From positions 32,922,001 to 32,986,000 of the forward strand of contig NC_082728.1 in NCBI RefSeq assembly GCF_030144855.1: a DNA stretch of 64,000 bases, given 5' to 3'. Made by a program: the position numbers and the translations under genes. Below are positions 38,649 through 49,637 of the stretch, piece by piece (the first letter of the stretch is position 1; every line of letters begins with the position of its first letter). The notes under the pieces are model-generated. The model was given only the letters and a program-made list of their open reading frames with translations. It was not told the origin of the DNA and did no database searches. Source of the DNA: Hypanus sabinus. Lineage: Eukaryota.

Positions 38649-39120
38649 CAACGCGCCTCACGCTGTCCCCCCGAGAGCCTGCGAAATTCGTATCGATTCG
38701 GCGGACTGGGGACTTCTGTTTCCTGGACTTTCAACTTCCTTGCTTTCTGTTTCAATCTGAATGGCGAGGACGGCGGTGGCGATACCGAGTTTCAATTCCA
38801 AATATAAGTACTGTACCGAAGATTTATGCCTGACATGCAACTTTTTAAAGTTGTACGGCTGTTAAACTTGCAGGTAACCCGCGGCCTCTTCACCAGCAGC
38901 TCACTCGGAAAAGTGTCTTACGAAATGGAGGTCAATGGTGTGCTGCGAAAACCGAAACTAATGCGGGAAATACCCGGGAATGTGATTTCAGCAAACCCAA
39001 CCCTTTCTTGTAAGAAGTATACTGTCCCCAGCCGGACTTGCTCCTTATTACACCGCTCCGGTGACATTCCAGGGACATTGTCTAAAGTCCATCTTCCAGT
39101 TTTTATTTTAGTTTTCTTCG
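38649..39120 (-). promoter_or_regulatory. CpG-rich promoter and 5'-UTR exon of gene A with IRF-E/ISRE, EICE and kB-like motifs
   Basis: Donor TTG|gtaagc (exon ends 38649). GAAACAGAAAG (minus, 38743-38753), GGAATTGAAACT (minus, 38788-38799), GAAAACCGAAACT (38947-38959), GGGAAATACCC (38965-38975). Visibly CpG-dense. Confidence 0.65.
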
Positions 39121-39229
39121 TCAACGTCAATTAATATTGTGGACTGACATCGCAAATATTTGAATTCATAACGATCACAAAATCATCATTTCCACATTCT
39201 GAGCGTTGTTTTGGATTGCACCGATGATC

Positions 39230-42200
39230 TGTACTGGCAAGGAAACTTGTTTGAGAGGCCAGAAATAGGAAGATTGTGCAGCTAAATACGTGGCTAAGGG
39301 TGCAGGAGGGAGGGCTTCATGTTGCTGGACAATTGGGCCTTGTTCCAGGGAAGGTGGGACCTGTTCCGACAGGATGGGTTGCACCTGAACTGGAGGGGGA
39401 CTAACAGCCTTACGGGAAGGTTTGCTAGTGCTGCTAGGGGGGTGGGGGGGTTAAACTAGATTTGCAGGGGGAGGGGAGCCAGAGTGTTAGAGCAGATAGT
39501 GAGGTGGAGGAGGATAAAGGTCATGCGAGATCTGCAAGTATAGTGCATGGAGTAAAGCCAGATCTGGCATATAAAGAGGCTTTGAGGAAAGAGAAACAGA
39601 ATAAAGAGTGTAAAGGTTGTAAGGTAGAAGGGCTACACACGCAAAATGCTGGTGGAACGCAGCAGGCCAGGCAGCATCTATAGGCACTGTCAATGTTTCA
39701 GGCCGAGACCCTTTGTCAGGACTAAGGTGCATGCACTTCAATGCAAGAAGCATTAGGAACAAAGGTGATGAACTGAGAGCTTGGATACATACTTGAATTA
39801 TGATGTAGTGGCCATTACAGAGACTTAGCTGGCACCAGGGCAGGAATGGATTCTCAATATTCCTGGATTTCAGTGCTTTTAAAGGGATAGAGGGGGGGAA
39901 ATGGGAGGAGAGTGGGATTACTGGTCAGGGACACTGTTACATCTACAAAAGGGTGGGTAATGTAGCAGGATCCTCTTTTGAGTCAGTATGGGTGGAAGTC
40001 AGGAACAGGAAGGGAGCAGTTACTCTATTGGGAGTACTCTATAAGTCCCCTGGTAGCAGCAGGGATACCAAGGAGCAGATTGGGAGGTAGATTTTGGAAT
40101 GCTGCAAAAATAACAGGGTTGTTATCACGGGTGACTTTAACTTCCCTAATATTGATTGGCACCTGATTAGTTCCAATGGTTTAGACGGGGCAGAGTTTGT
40201 CAAGTGCATCCAGGATGAATTCCTGTCACAGTATGTTGACAAGCCGACGAGGGGGAATGCCATACTAGATCTAGTATTTAGGTAATGAACAAGTCACATA
40301 TCTCTCAGTGGGTGAGCATTTGGGGGACAGTGACCGCCGCTCCCTGGCCTTGAACATTATCATGGAAAAGGATAGAATCAGAGAGGACAAGAAAATTTTT
40401 AAGTGGGGAAGAGCAAATTATGAGGCTATAAGGCTAGAAATTGTGGGTGTGAATTGGGATGATGTTTTTGCAGGGTAATGTACTATAGACATGTGGTTGA
40501 TGTTTAGGGATCTCTTGCAGGATGTTAGGGATAAATTTGTCCCGGTGAGGAAGATTAAGTATGGTAGGGTGAAGGAACCATGGGTGACCAGTGAGGTGGA
40601 GAATCTAGTCAGATAGAAGAAGGCAGCATACATAAGGTTTAGGAAGCAAGGGTCAGATGAGTCTATTGAGAAATATAGGGTAGCAAAAAAGGAGCTTAAG
40701 AAGGGACTGAGGAGAGCAAGAAGGGGGCATGAGAAAGCCTTGGCGAGTAGGGTAAAGGAAAACCCTACAAAAGGTTGACAGGAATGAAGATAGGACCTAT
40801 TAGAGATAATGGTAGGAAGATGTGCCTGGAGGCTGTGGAAGTGAGCGAGGTCCTCAATGAATACATCTCTTCAGTATTCACAAATGAGAGGGAACTTGAT
40901 GACCATGAGGACAATATGAGTGAGGTTGATGTTCTGGAGCATGTTGACATTAAGGGAGAAGATGTGTTGGAGTTGTTAAAATACATTAGGATGGATAAGT
41001 CTACAGGGCCTGACGGAATATTCCCCAGGCTGCTCCATGAGGCAAGGGTAGAGATTGCTGAGCCTCTGGCTAGGATCTTTATGTCCTCATTGTCCACAGG
41101 AATGGTACCGGAGGATTGAAGGGAGGTGAATGTTGTCTCCTTGTTCAAAAAGGTAGTAGAGATAGTCCGGGTAATCGTAGACCAATGAGCCTTACATCTG
41201 TGGTGGGAAAGCTGTTGGAAAAGATTCTTAGAGATAGAATCTGTGGGCATTTAGAAAACCATGATCTGATCAGAGACAGTCAGTATGGCTTTGTGAAGGG
41301 AAGATCATGTCTAACAAGCCTGATCAAGTTCTTTGAGGAGGTGACCAGGCATATAGATGAGGGTAGTGCAGTGGATGTGATTTACATGGATTTTCATAAG
41401 GCATTTGACAAGGTACTACATGGTAGGCTTATTCAGAAAGTCAGAAGGCATGGGATCCAGGGAATTTTGGCCAGGTGGGTTCAGAATTGGCCTGCCTGCA
41501 GAAAGCAGAGGGTTCTGATGGAGGGAGTACATTTGGATTGGAGGGTTATGACAAGTGGTATCCCACAAGGATCGGTTCTGGACTTCTACTTTACGTGATT
41601 TTTATTAACGACCTGGATGTGGGAGTAGAAGGGTGGGTTGGCAAGTTTGCAGATGACACAAGAGTTGGTGGTGTTGTGGATAATGTTGAGGATTGTCGAA
41701 GATTGCAGAGAGACATTGATAGGATGCAGAAGTGGGCTGAGAAGTGGCAGATGGAGTTCAACCCAGAGAAGTGTGAAGTGGAACACTTTGGAAGAACAAA
41801 CTCCAAGGCAGAGTACAAAGTAAATGGCAGGATACTTGGGAGTGTGGAGGAGCAGAGGGATCTGGGGTTACAAGTCCACAGATCCCTGAAGGTTGCCTCA
41901 CAGGTAGATAGGGTAGTTAAGACAGCTTATGGAGTGTTAGCTTTCATAAGTTGAGGCATAGAGTTTAAGAGTCTCGGGGTAATGATGCAGCTCTATGAAA
42001 CTCTGATTAGGTCATACTTGGAATACTGTGTCCAGTTCTGGACACCTCACTATAAGAAGGATGTGGAAGAATTGGAAAGGGTACAGAGAAGGCTTACCAG
42101 GATTCTACCTGGTTTAGAGAGTATGCAATATGATCAGAGATTTAAGAGACTTCTAGACAGGTATATGGAGGAATTTAAGGTGGGGGGGTTATATGGGAGG

Positions 42201-42255
42201 CGGGCAAAGGGTCAGCAAAACATTGTGGGTTGAATGGCCTGTACTGTGCTGTATT
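39230..42255 (+). mobile_element. Relatively young 5'-truncated CR1 LINE (ORF1 end, APE, RT)
   Basis: VITGDFNFPNIDW, PGPDG-like STGPDGIFPRLL, YMDFHKAFDKV, FADDT, YCVQFWTPH. Long ORF pieces with frameshifts. A Penelope pLTR fragment is inserted at ~39.63-39.72 kb. Confidence 0.9.
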
Positions 42256-42495
42256 GTTCCTTGTTCTTTGTTGTTCTTTGGTTAAGTGAGCCACACACAA
42301 ACAAACAAAGCTGTAGACTGAACAGGCCTTATATTCGCTTCCAGCAAACTTTAAGGGAGGGGGCTGGTGGGAGAATCTCTCAAAACTCAAAAGAATAAGA
42401 TTTTAATTTTGAGTTAGTACAATGAAAGCAGTTGATCAATATCAACAATCAATATACAAGACTAACTCCCCATTGCTTCTTTATAAGGTATCTCC

Positions 42496-42985
42496 GGTAC
42501 CTGATGAAGTGACCACTGAGTGTATTTTTGTGGTCTTTTGCTGCTCCAGCCCATCAGCTTCAAGGTTTGATGTGTTGTGGGATCAGTAGTTCTGTAAACC
42601 ACTGTTGGAACACATTGTTTATTTGAGTTACTGTCACCTTCCTGTCAGCTTGAACCAGTCTGGCCATTCTCCTCTGACCTCTCTCATTAACAAAGCATTT
42701 TCACCCACTAAACTGCTGCTCACTGGATTTTTTATAAAGTTTTCTATTTTCTATAATGTTTTGATGTGCATGCAAAGCCCAGGGGATCAGCGGTTTCTGA
42801 GATACCCAAAGCCACTCTGTCTAGCACCAACAATCATTCCACGCTCAAAGGCACCTAGATCACATCTCTTCTCCATTTTAACGTTCGGTCTGAACAGGAC
42901 TTTGCATTGCAGTTGCACAATTGACTGTGAAAATATTTACATTAATGAGCGGGTGTACTTAATAAAGGGGTCATTAAGTGTATGT
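42496..42985 (-). mobile_element. Tc1-derived non-autonomous element
   Basis: Inverted ends (gtacctgatgaagtgaccactgagtgta versus gtacttaataaaggggtcattaagtgta). Same family as 51337-51655. Confidence 0.65.
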
Positions 42986-43419
42986 CACTATATTGGGTGT
43001 GAACAGATAGTTCGGTATAGTTATATGTTTACACATCAAAATTGATATCTAGCCTTGAAAACTCAAACACCTTCATCAAGACAAAGTCAACTGCACCATG
43101 TGTGTACCCCTGCATTCTCACTTGCTGCTCTTCAGCAATGTATGGGATGGACGATGGGGACAGGTCAAGAGAAGTTCTGACCCTTCCTAAATGCTGACAT
43201 GAACTGCATTTTTTTCTTCATTCATTTATTCATTCAGTGTTCAGGGTACTCCTCTGTTTTTGGGGTCGTTTGCAAACAAAAAATTTCAGGATGTATACTG
43301 TATACATTTCTCTGACATTATATGTACCTATTGAAACCTAATGAATGAATGTTTCTGTGCCCAGACTTTAAGAGCATAGAAGCCTATCCCTCCCTAAATC
43401 CATCAATATAATATTGGGC

Positions 43420-43830
43420 ACTCCCATGGTTAACATAGAAAAACATAGAAACATAGAAAACCAGCACAATACAGGCTCTTCAGCCCACAAGGCTGTGCTG
43501 AACATGTACTTACTTTAGAAACTACCTACAGGTACCCATAGCCCTCTATTTTTCTAAGCTTCATGTACCTATCCAGGAGTCTCTTAAAAGACCCTATCGT
43601 ATCCAACTCCACAACCGTTGCCGGCTGCCCATTCCACGCACTCACCACTCTCTGCGTAAAAAACTTACCAGACATCTCCTCTGCACCAACTGCCAAGCAC
43701 CTTAAAATTGTGCCCTCTCATGCTAGTCATTTCAGCCTTGGGTAAAAGCCTCTGACTATCCACATGATCAATGCCTCTCATCATCTCTATCAAGTCACTT
43801 CTCATACTCTCTCGCTCCAAGGAGTAAAGC
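43420..43830 (-). mobile_element. CR1 3' end
   Basis: (aacataga)n tail and 3'-UTR similar to 60555-60900. Confidence 0.8.
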
Positions 43831-44369
43831 AAAACAGTGGCTTGCCCTAATCAATGATTAATTAATTTTCTGACTGAAAAACCTGCCATTACAGTAAAAT
43901 CATTCTGAATACTGTCTGGAATTTGGAGTTTTTTTTATTTTAAAAGTTAATTATTAAAGGCTTATTACATTTCCACAAAGTTAAGTTAACAGAAAGGATT
44001 TATTTTAATAATTGACTTCAGCTGTTCTGTGCCTTGATCATAATCTTCAGAAAGTCAGGTTTCATCCTGTATGCTTCTCGGAAAATTCTCTTAAATTTTT
44101 CTGTTGATATCTTTCAGTTCAGATTTCAGTTCATTATTTGGATGCACAAAGAAAAGCATGAATAGCTGATTAAACAGTGAGTTATCAACACAGGAATCCG
44201 GTGAAAATATATTGACAATAGTGATTTTGCAAATTCACATGAATAATTATGTTGATTGACAAGAGCAGATTGATGACAGAATCTGGCTCTTTTTTTGAGA
44301 ATTAACTTGATACAGATATTCTATTTTCTTCATCATCTGTTGATGAATTAAAGAGTATTCACTGTAAGG

Positions 44370-44750
44370 GGAAGTTGGACAAACTTGGATTGTTTTTGCC
44401 TAAGCACAAGAGGCTGAGGGCTGACCAGATAGAAGCATCGTACATTATGAGAGGCACAGACGTAGTTGACAGAATCTTGTTCCAGGTGGAAATATTAAAT
44501 ACGAAACAGCACAGCTTTAAGGTGAGACGGAAAAATTTAAAGGAGATTTACAAGGCATTTCTTATACAGAGTGTGTGGCAGGAACTTGGAACAAACAGAA
44601 TGGTAATGTTCAAGAGGCGTTTATACAGTCACATAAACAGACAGGAACTGGAGGGGTATAGACCAGGTACAGGCAGATGGAAATATTTCATTTTCATTAT
44701 GGCCATTGTAGGTCAAAGTGCCTGATCCCACACTATACTATTCTGTACTC
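44370..44750 (+). mobile_element. CR1 3' fragment
   Basis: ORF 44375-44725 LGLFLPKHKRLRADQIE...FKRRLYSHINRQ. Confidence 0.7.
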
Positions 44751-44813
44751 TATTTACAGGTAAAATAACCCTTCCTTTTAGGAATTGTAAAGATATTCTT
44801 GAAAGTTACATAC

Positions 44814-44844
44814 CTACAAAATTTAGGTTGTTTCCTGATGCATG
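44814..44844 (-). CDS. Candidate cytoplasmic micro-exon of gene B
   Basis: Strong donor TGTAG|gtatgt. Acceptor ambiguous: 44844 gives ACIRKQPKFC (phase 1 to 2), 44834 gives GNNLNFV (phase 1 to 1). Confidence 0.3.
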
Positions 44845-45099
44845 CTTTTGAGAAAATGACAACATTAATATTTCAGGTAAAATTAGCATTATATTCAATC
44901 TGAAAAGATGTTTCTTGAAACAACATTATGTGATTTAATACTTAACCATGAACCATATCACACTTTGTTTGCTGCTGAACCTCTCTGCCATTTTTAACCT
45001 CAAAATGTGCTCAGTGGGCAAATTCAAAGCTAATGCACTTTGATGTGAATCAATGTGAAGGTATCTGTTTTGTTTCTGAAAACTGAAAGGCAGATTATT

Positions 45100-46412
45100 G
45101 CTCATCTACTGATGTCTATTTCTGACACCTCCCTCCCCTTTCTTGATCTTTCTGTCTCTATCTCTGGAGACAGCTTATCTACTGATGTCTACTATAAGCT
45201 TACAGACTCTCACAAGTACCTGGACTATTCCTCTTTCCACCCTGTCACTTGCAAAAATGCCATCCCCTTCTCGTAATTCCTCTGTCTCCACCACACCTGC
45301 TCTCAGTATGAGGCTTTTCATTCCAGGACGAACCAGATGTTTTCCTTTTTTAAATAAATGGGATTCCCTTCCTCCACCATCAACTCTGCTCTCAAATGCA
45401 TCTCTCCCATTTCACACACATCTGCTCTCACCCATCCTCCCACCACCCCACTAGGGATAGGGTTCCCCTTGTCCTCACCTATCACCCCAACAGCCTCCAG
45501 GTCCAACATATAATTCTCTGTAACTTCCACCATCTCCAACGAGATCCTACCACCAAGCACATCTTTCCTTCCCCCCTCTTTCTGCTTTCCACAGGGATCG
45601 CTCCCTACGTGACTCCCTTGTCCATTCGTCCCCATCCCTTCCCACTGATCTCCTTCCTGGCACTTACCCTTGTAAGCAGAACAAGTGCTACACCTGTCCT
45701 TACACTTCCTCCCTCACCACCATACAGGGCCCCAGATAGTCCTTCCAGGTGAGATGACACTTCACCTGTGAGTTGGCTGGTGTGTTATACTGCATCCAGT
45801 GCTCCCAGTGCGACCTTCTATATATCGGTGAGACCCGATGCAGAGAACACCTTTGCTCTGTCCACCAGAGAAAGCACACATTTTAATTTCACGTCCCATT
45901 CCCATTCTGGTATATCTATCCATTGCCTCCTCTACTGTCAGGATGAAGCCACACTCAGGTTGGAGGAACAACACCTTATATTCTGTCTGGGTAGCCTTCA
46001 ACCTAATGGTATGAACATTGATTTCTCTAACTTCCTCCTCCTCTTCTTACCCCATCCCTTATTTATATATTTATTTTCCCCCCTTTCTTTTCTCTCTTTC
46101 CCTCTCACAATCACCCCTTGCCTGCTCTCCATCTCCCTCTGGTGCCCCCCTCCCCCTTTCTTTCTCCCTAGACCTCCCGTCCCATGATCCTCACCCTTCT
46201 CCAGCTGTGTATCCCTTTATTCAATCAACTTTCCAGCTCTTAGCTTTAGTTTTCCCCATCCTGCCTTCTCCTATCATTTCGGATCTCCCCCTCCCCCTTT
46301 CATATCTCTTACTATCTCTTCTTTCAGTTAGTCCTGATGAAGGGTCTTGGCACGAAATGTCGACTGTACTTCTTCCTATAGACGCTGCCTGGCCTGCTGC
46401 CACCAGCATTTA
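45100..46412 (+). mobile_element. Penelope-like retroelement 3' part (RT C-terminus, GIY-YIG endonuclease, pseudo-LTR)
   Basis: STDVYYKLTDSHKYLDYSSFHP, LYIGET (tatatcggtgagacc), HFNFTSHSH, EATLRLEEQHLIFCLGSLQPNGMNIDFSNF, followed by a pyrimidine-rich pLTR. Confidence 0.9.
46329..46366 (+). ncRNA. Minimal type I hammerhead-ribozyme motif in the Penelope pLTR
   Basis: UAGUC-CUGAUGA-A-GGG(UCUUGG)CAC-GAAAU-GUC/GACUG. Core boxes intact, 5-bp stem I, one stem II mismatch, predicted cleavage after 46361. Confidence 0.65.
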
Positions 46413-47779
46413 GTGTGTGAGGCAGATTATTATCTAAGCAATGATAAATTGGAAAAAGGAAATGTGTTTCAATGGGTGCCTTTTGTACGTTGATAGTTGA
46501 AGCAAGCAAGTATTCAAATTAGATGATTTTCATTGCAAAAGCAATGTTGTCATCTTGGTGAAAGCCCAACTGGAGTTTTGGTCTCCTTATGTGAGAAAGA
46601 ACCTGCTTGTCATGGGTGGAGTGAATAAGTGTTTAATAGAGAGATTCCTGAGATTAAATGACTATTGTATGCAGGGAGATTGGGTCAGTTAGGTAAATAT
46701 CAAATTTAATTCAGAAGAATGAAGTTGGATTTCCTAAAAGCCACACACACAAAAAAACTAACAGGATTAAATAGAGGCTGAGGAGTGCAGAAGAAGGGGT
46801 CATGGCTCAAGATATGGTGTACACAATACCGAGATTGGGAAAATTATACACACAGGAGGGAGTAGAGGCCAAACCATTAAATATATTCAAGAGGGCAGGT
46901 AGATGTATAGAGCAGGGGTTCCCAACTCTTTTTATGCCAGGGACACCTACCATTAACCAAGGAGTCTGTGGCTCCAGGTTGTGAACCCCTGGTTTAAAAG
47001 GATCAAGAGAAAAGGGAAGTCAGGATACTGAAGTGAATGATCATCCATGATCATGTTAAATGGTGACACAAGCCCAAATGGCTGGATGGCATATTTGTAC
47101 CCTATGTTCTATGTTTCAAAGTTTTTATGTTAAGTGTGCCAAATCCCATTCAGTCATTACTCCTTGCTGATCTAAATAGTTCATTTTTAAGCAATGCCTT
47201 GCATTTGTTATCCATGCACTTAGGTAGTTTCCTGAACTTGTATTTCTCTCTTTTTAAGACCCTGCAACTTGCTGGAATCCTTTTGCTTCCTCCACCCTTG
47301 TCTTTTGGTACACATTTATTACAGATTTTATTCTTACCAGCTTCTTAACCCTCTCTCTTTCTTTCCTTCCAATACCTCTCAATATCCACCACTTTGGACC
47401 AGTTATTTCTTCGCATGGGATATTGTCTCCATCTTTAGATCAGTGTCAGATTTCATTATAATTCTGTCCATGTTGAGATATTTTGCTGTTAAATTGCTTA
47501 TATTCTGTAGTGAATAAGTGATGGTATTGAGAGAGAACAGGACTGGGGTCAACAATGGCCATTTTTACATTATGTTGCTTATGATTGATGCTCTTTAGAC
47601 TCTTATGAAAAATGGTCACTCAGTTAAGTGTGGTGGGTGCTGCAGTCTAACCCTGGCTAAAGTTGGAATGGAGAAAGACAGATTGGTAAAAGTGTGAATG
47701 GGTCTTTATTGAATGGAATGGAGAACAGAACCTTCAATAACTGCTATGTAACACCAGTTTTAGTGCCTTTGAAGTAGCA

Positions 47780-49460
47780 TAGTCTGACTTGGGACAATCA
47801 GTGTAGCTTTGTGAAGAGGAGGTCATGCCTCATGAACCTGAGTGACATTTTTGAGGAAGTGACAAAACAAATTGATGAAGTTGGAGTGATGGATTTGGTG
47901 TTTATAGATTTAGTACGGCACCAAAAAAGGTTCCCCATGGTAGGCTCTTTCAGAAAAGCAAGGAGAGAAGTGATCTAGGAAAACTTGCCTGTATGGATTC
48001 TGAATTGGCTTCCCTATAAAAGTCAGATGGTGGTTGTAGATGGAATGTCTTCTCCCTGAAGATTGGTAACAAGTGGAATTCCGGGGACCTGTTATGGGAC
48101 CCCTACTCTTTGTGATTTTCATCGATGACTTGGATAAGAAAATAGGTTGGGTTAGTAAATTTTCAAATTACATGATTGGTGGTGTTGTGGATAGGGTAGA
48201 AGGTTCTCGTAGATTACAATAGGACATTGACAGAATATTGGGCTTGACTGATGGACTGAGAAGTGGCAAATGGAAGTCAATTAGAAATGTGTCAAGTGAT
48301 TCTCTTGGGAAGGTCAAACTTGAAGGCAAGGTACAATGCTAATGGCAGGACTTTTAACAGTATTGATGAATAGAGGGATCTAGGGCTGCACATGCATAGA
48401 CCCTTTAGAGTTATCATGCAAGTTGATAGGGTGGTCAAGGTGTATGTTGTGTTGGCCTTCATTATTTGGAAGATTGATTTCATGAACCACAGGATAATGT
48501 TTCAGTTCCGTAAAACACTGGTTAGACCGCACTTGGAGTATTGTGTTCAGTCTGGTTGTCTTGTCCCAGGAAGGAAATGGAAGCTTTAGAGAGGGTGCAG
48601 AGGAGAATTACCAGGATGCTGACTACACTAGAGTGCAGGTCTTATAAGGAAAAGTTGAGCAAGCTAGGACTTTTCACTTTGGAGCAAAGAAGAATGAGAG
48701 GTGACTTTATTCATGAGAATGAGTGTCAGCAACTCTAAATTCCTCAGTGTTATCATTTCAGAGGACCTGTCCTTCACCCAGCATGTAAATACAATTACAA
48801 AGAAAGCAGAGCAGTACCTCTATTTCCTTACAACTTCCCTGAACTGTTCCATAACCTATGGAGCCACTTTCAAGGACTCTTTATCTCTTGTTCTCGACTT
48901 TATGTAATTATTTATTTCATTTCTGTTTGCACAGTTTTTGTCTTTTACACGTTGGTTGTTTGTCCATGTTGTTATATGTGTTGTTTCATTGATTCTGTTT
49001 TGTTTCTTGGATTTACTGTGTATGCCCGGAAGAAAAGGATCTCAAGGTTGTACATAAGATATATGTGTACTTCGATAATAAATTTACTTTGAACTTGGTA
49101 GAAGTATATAAGAGGTGTAGATCGAGTAGACAGCCAGCACCTTTTTCCCAGGGCAGCAATGGCTAATTTGAGACAAATACTTTTTAAGTGATTGTAGGAA
49201 TTTGTAGGGGGTTTGTCTGTTGGTGGTAGGTTTTTACTTGCACACAAAGTGGTAAATATATGGAACAAACACTCTGCCAGGGATGGTGGTAGAGGCAGAT
49301 ACATTATTGAAATTAGAGACTCTTAGATGTCCATTGCATGAAAGAAAAATAGAGAGCTATGTGGGAGGGAAGAGTTAGATTGATCTTGGGGTAGGCTGAA
49401 AAGTGAACACAACATCATGGGCCAAATGCCCGGACTGTGCTGTAGTGTTCGATGTTCTAT
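47780..49460 (+). mobile_element. Decayed CR1 with an internal L2/Rex-like fragment (~48700-49090)
   Basis: RT remnants RPHLEYCVQ and LERVQRRITRML...RMRGDF. The internal piece (KFLSVIISEDLSFTQH...) is unrelated. The CR1 3'-UTR resumes at ~49090. Confidence 0.7.
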
Positions 49461-49496
49461 GTTCTTCCCTTTCACTGACCAGAATTAATAATCTAC

Positions 49497-49637
49497 CTTT
49501 AGAAAATTTCTTCCTGCAGTAAAAAGCTGCTGTGCACAGCAGTATGAAGATCACAAAGGAGAGAATAACACCAACTCGTGTTCTAAAATCATCCAATGGT
49601 TGCTGAGAAATTTCTTCAAATTTGTAACAATCCAATT
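49497..49637 (-). CDS. Gene B stalk/transmembrane exon
   Basis: ttttccattgcag|...AAAG|gtagat, 141 nt: ELDCYKFEEISQQPLDDFRTRVGVILSFVIFILLCTAAFYCRKKFSK. Confidence 0.85.
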
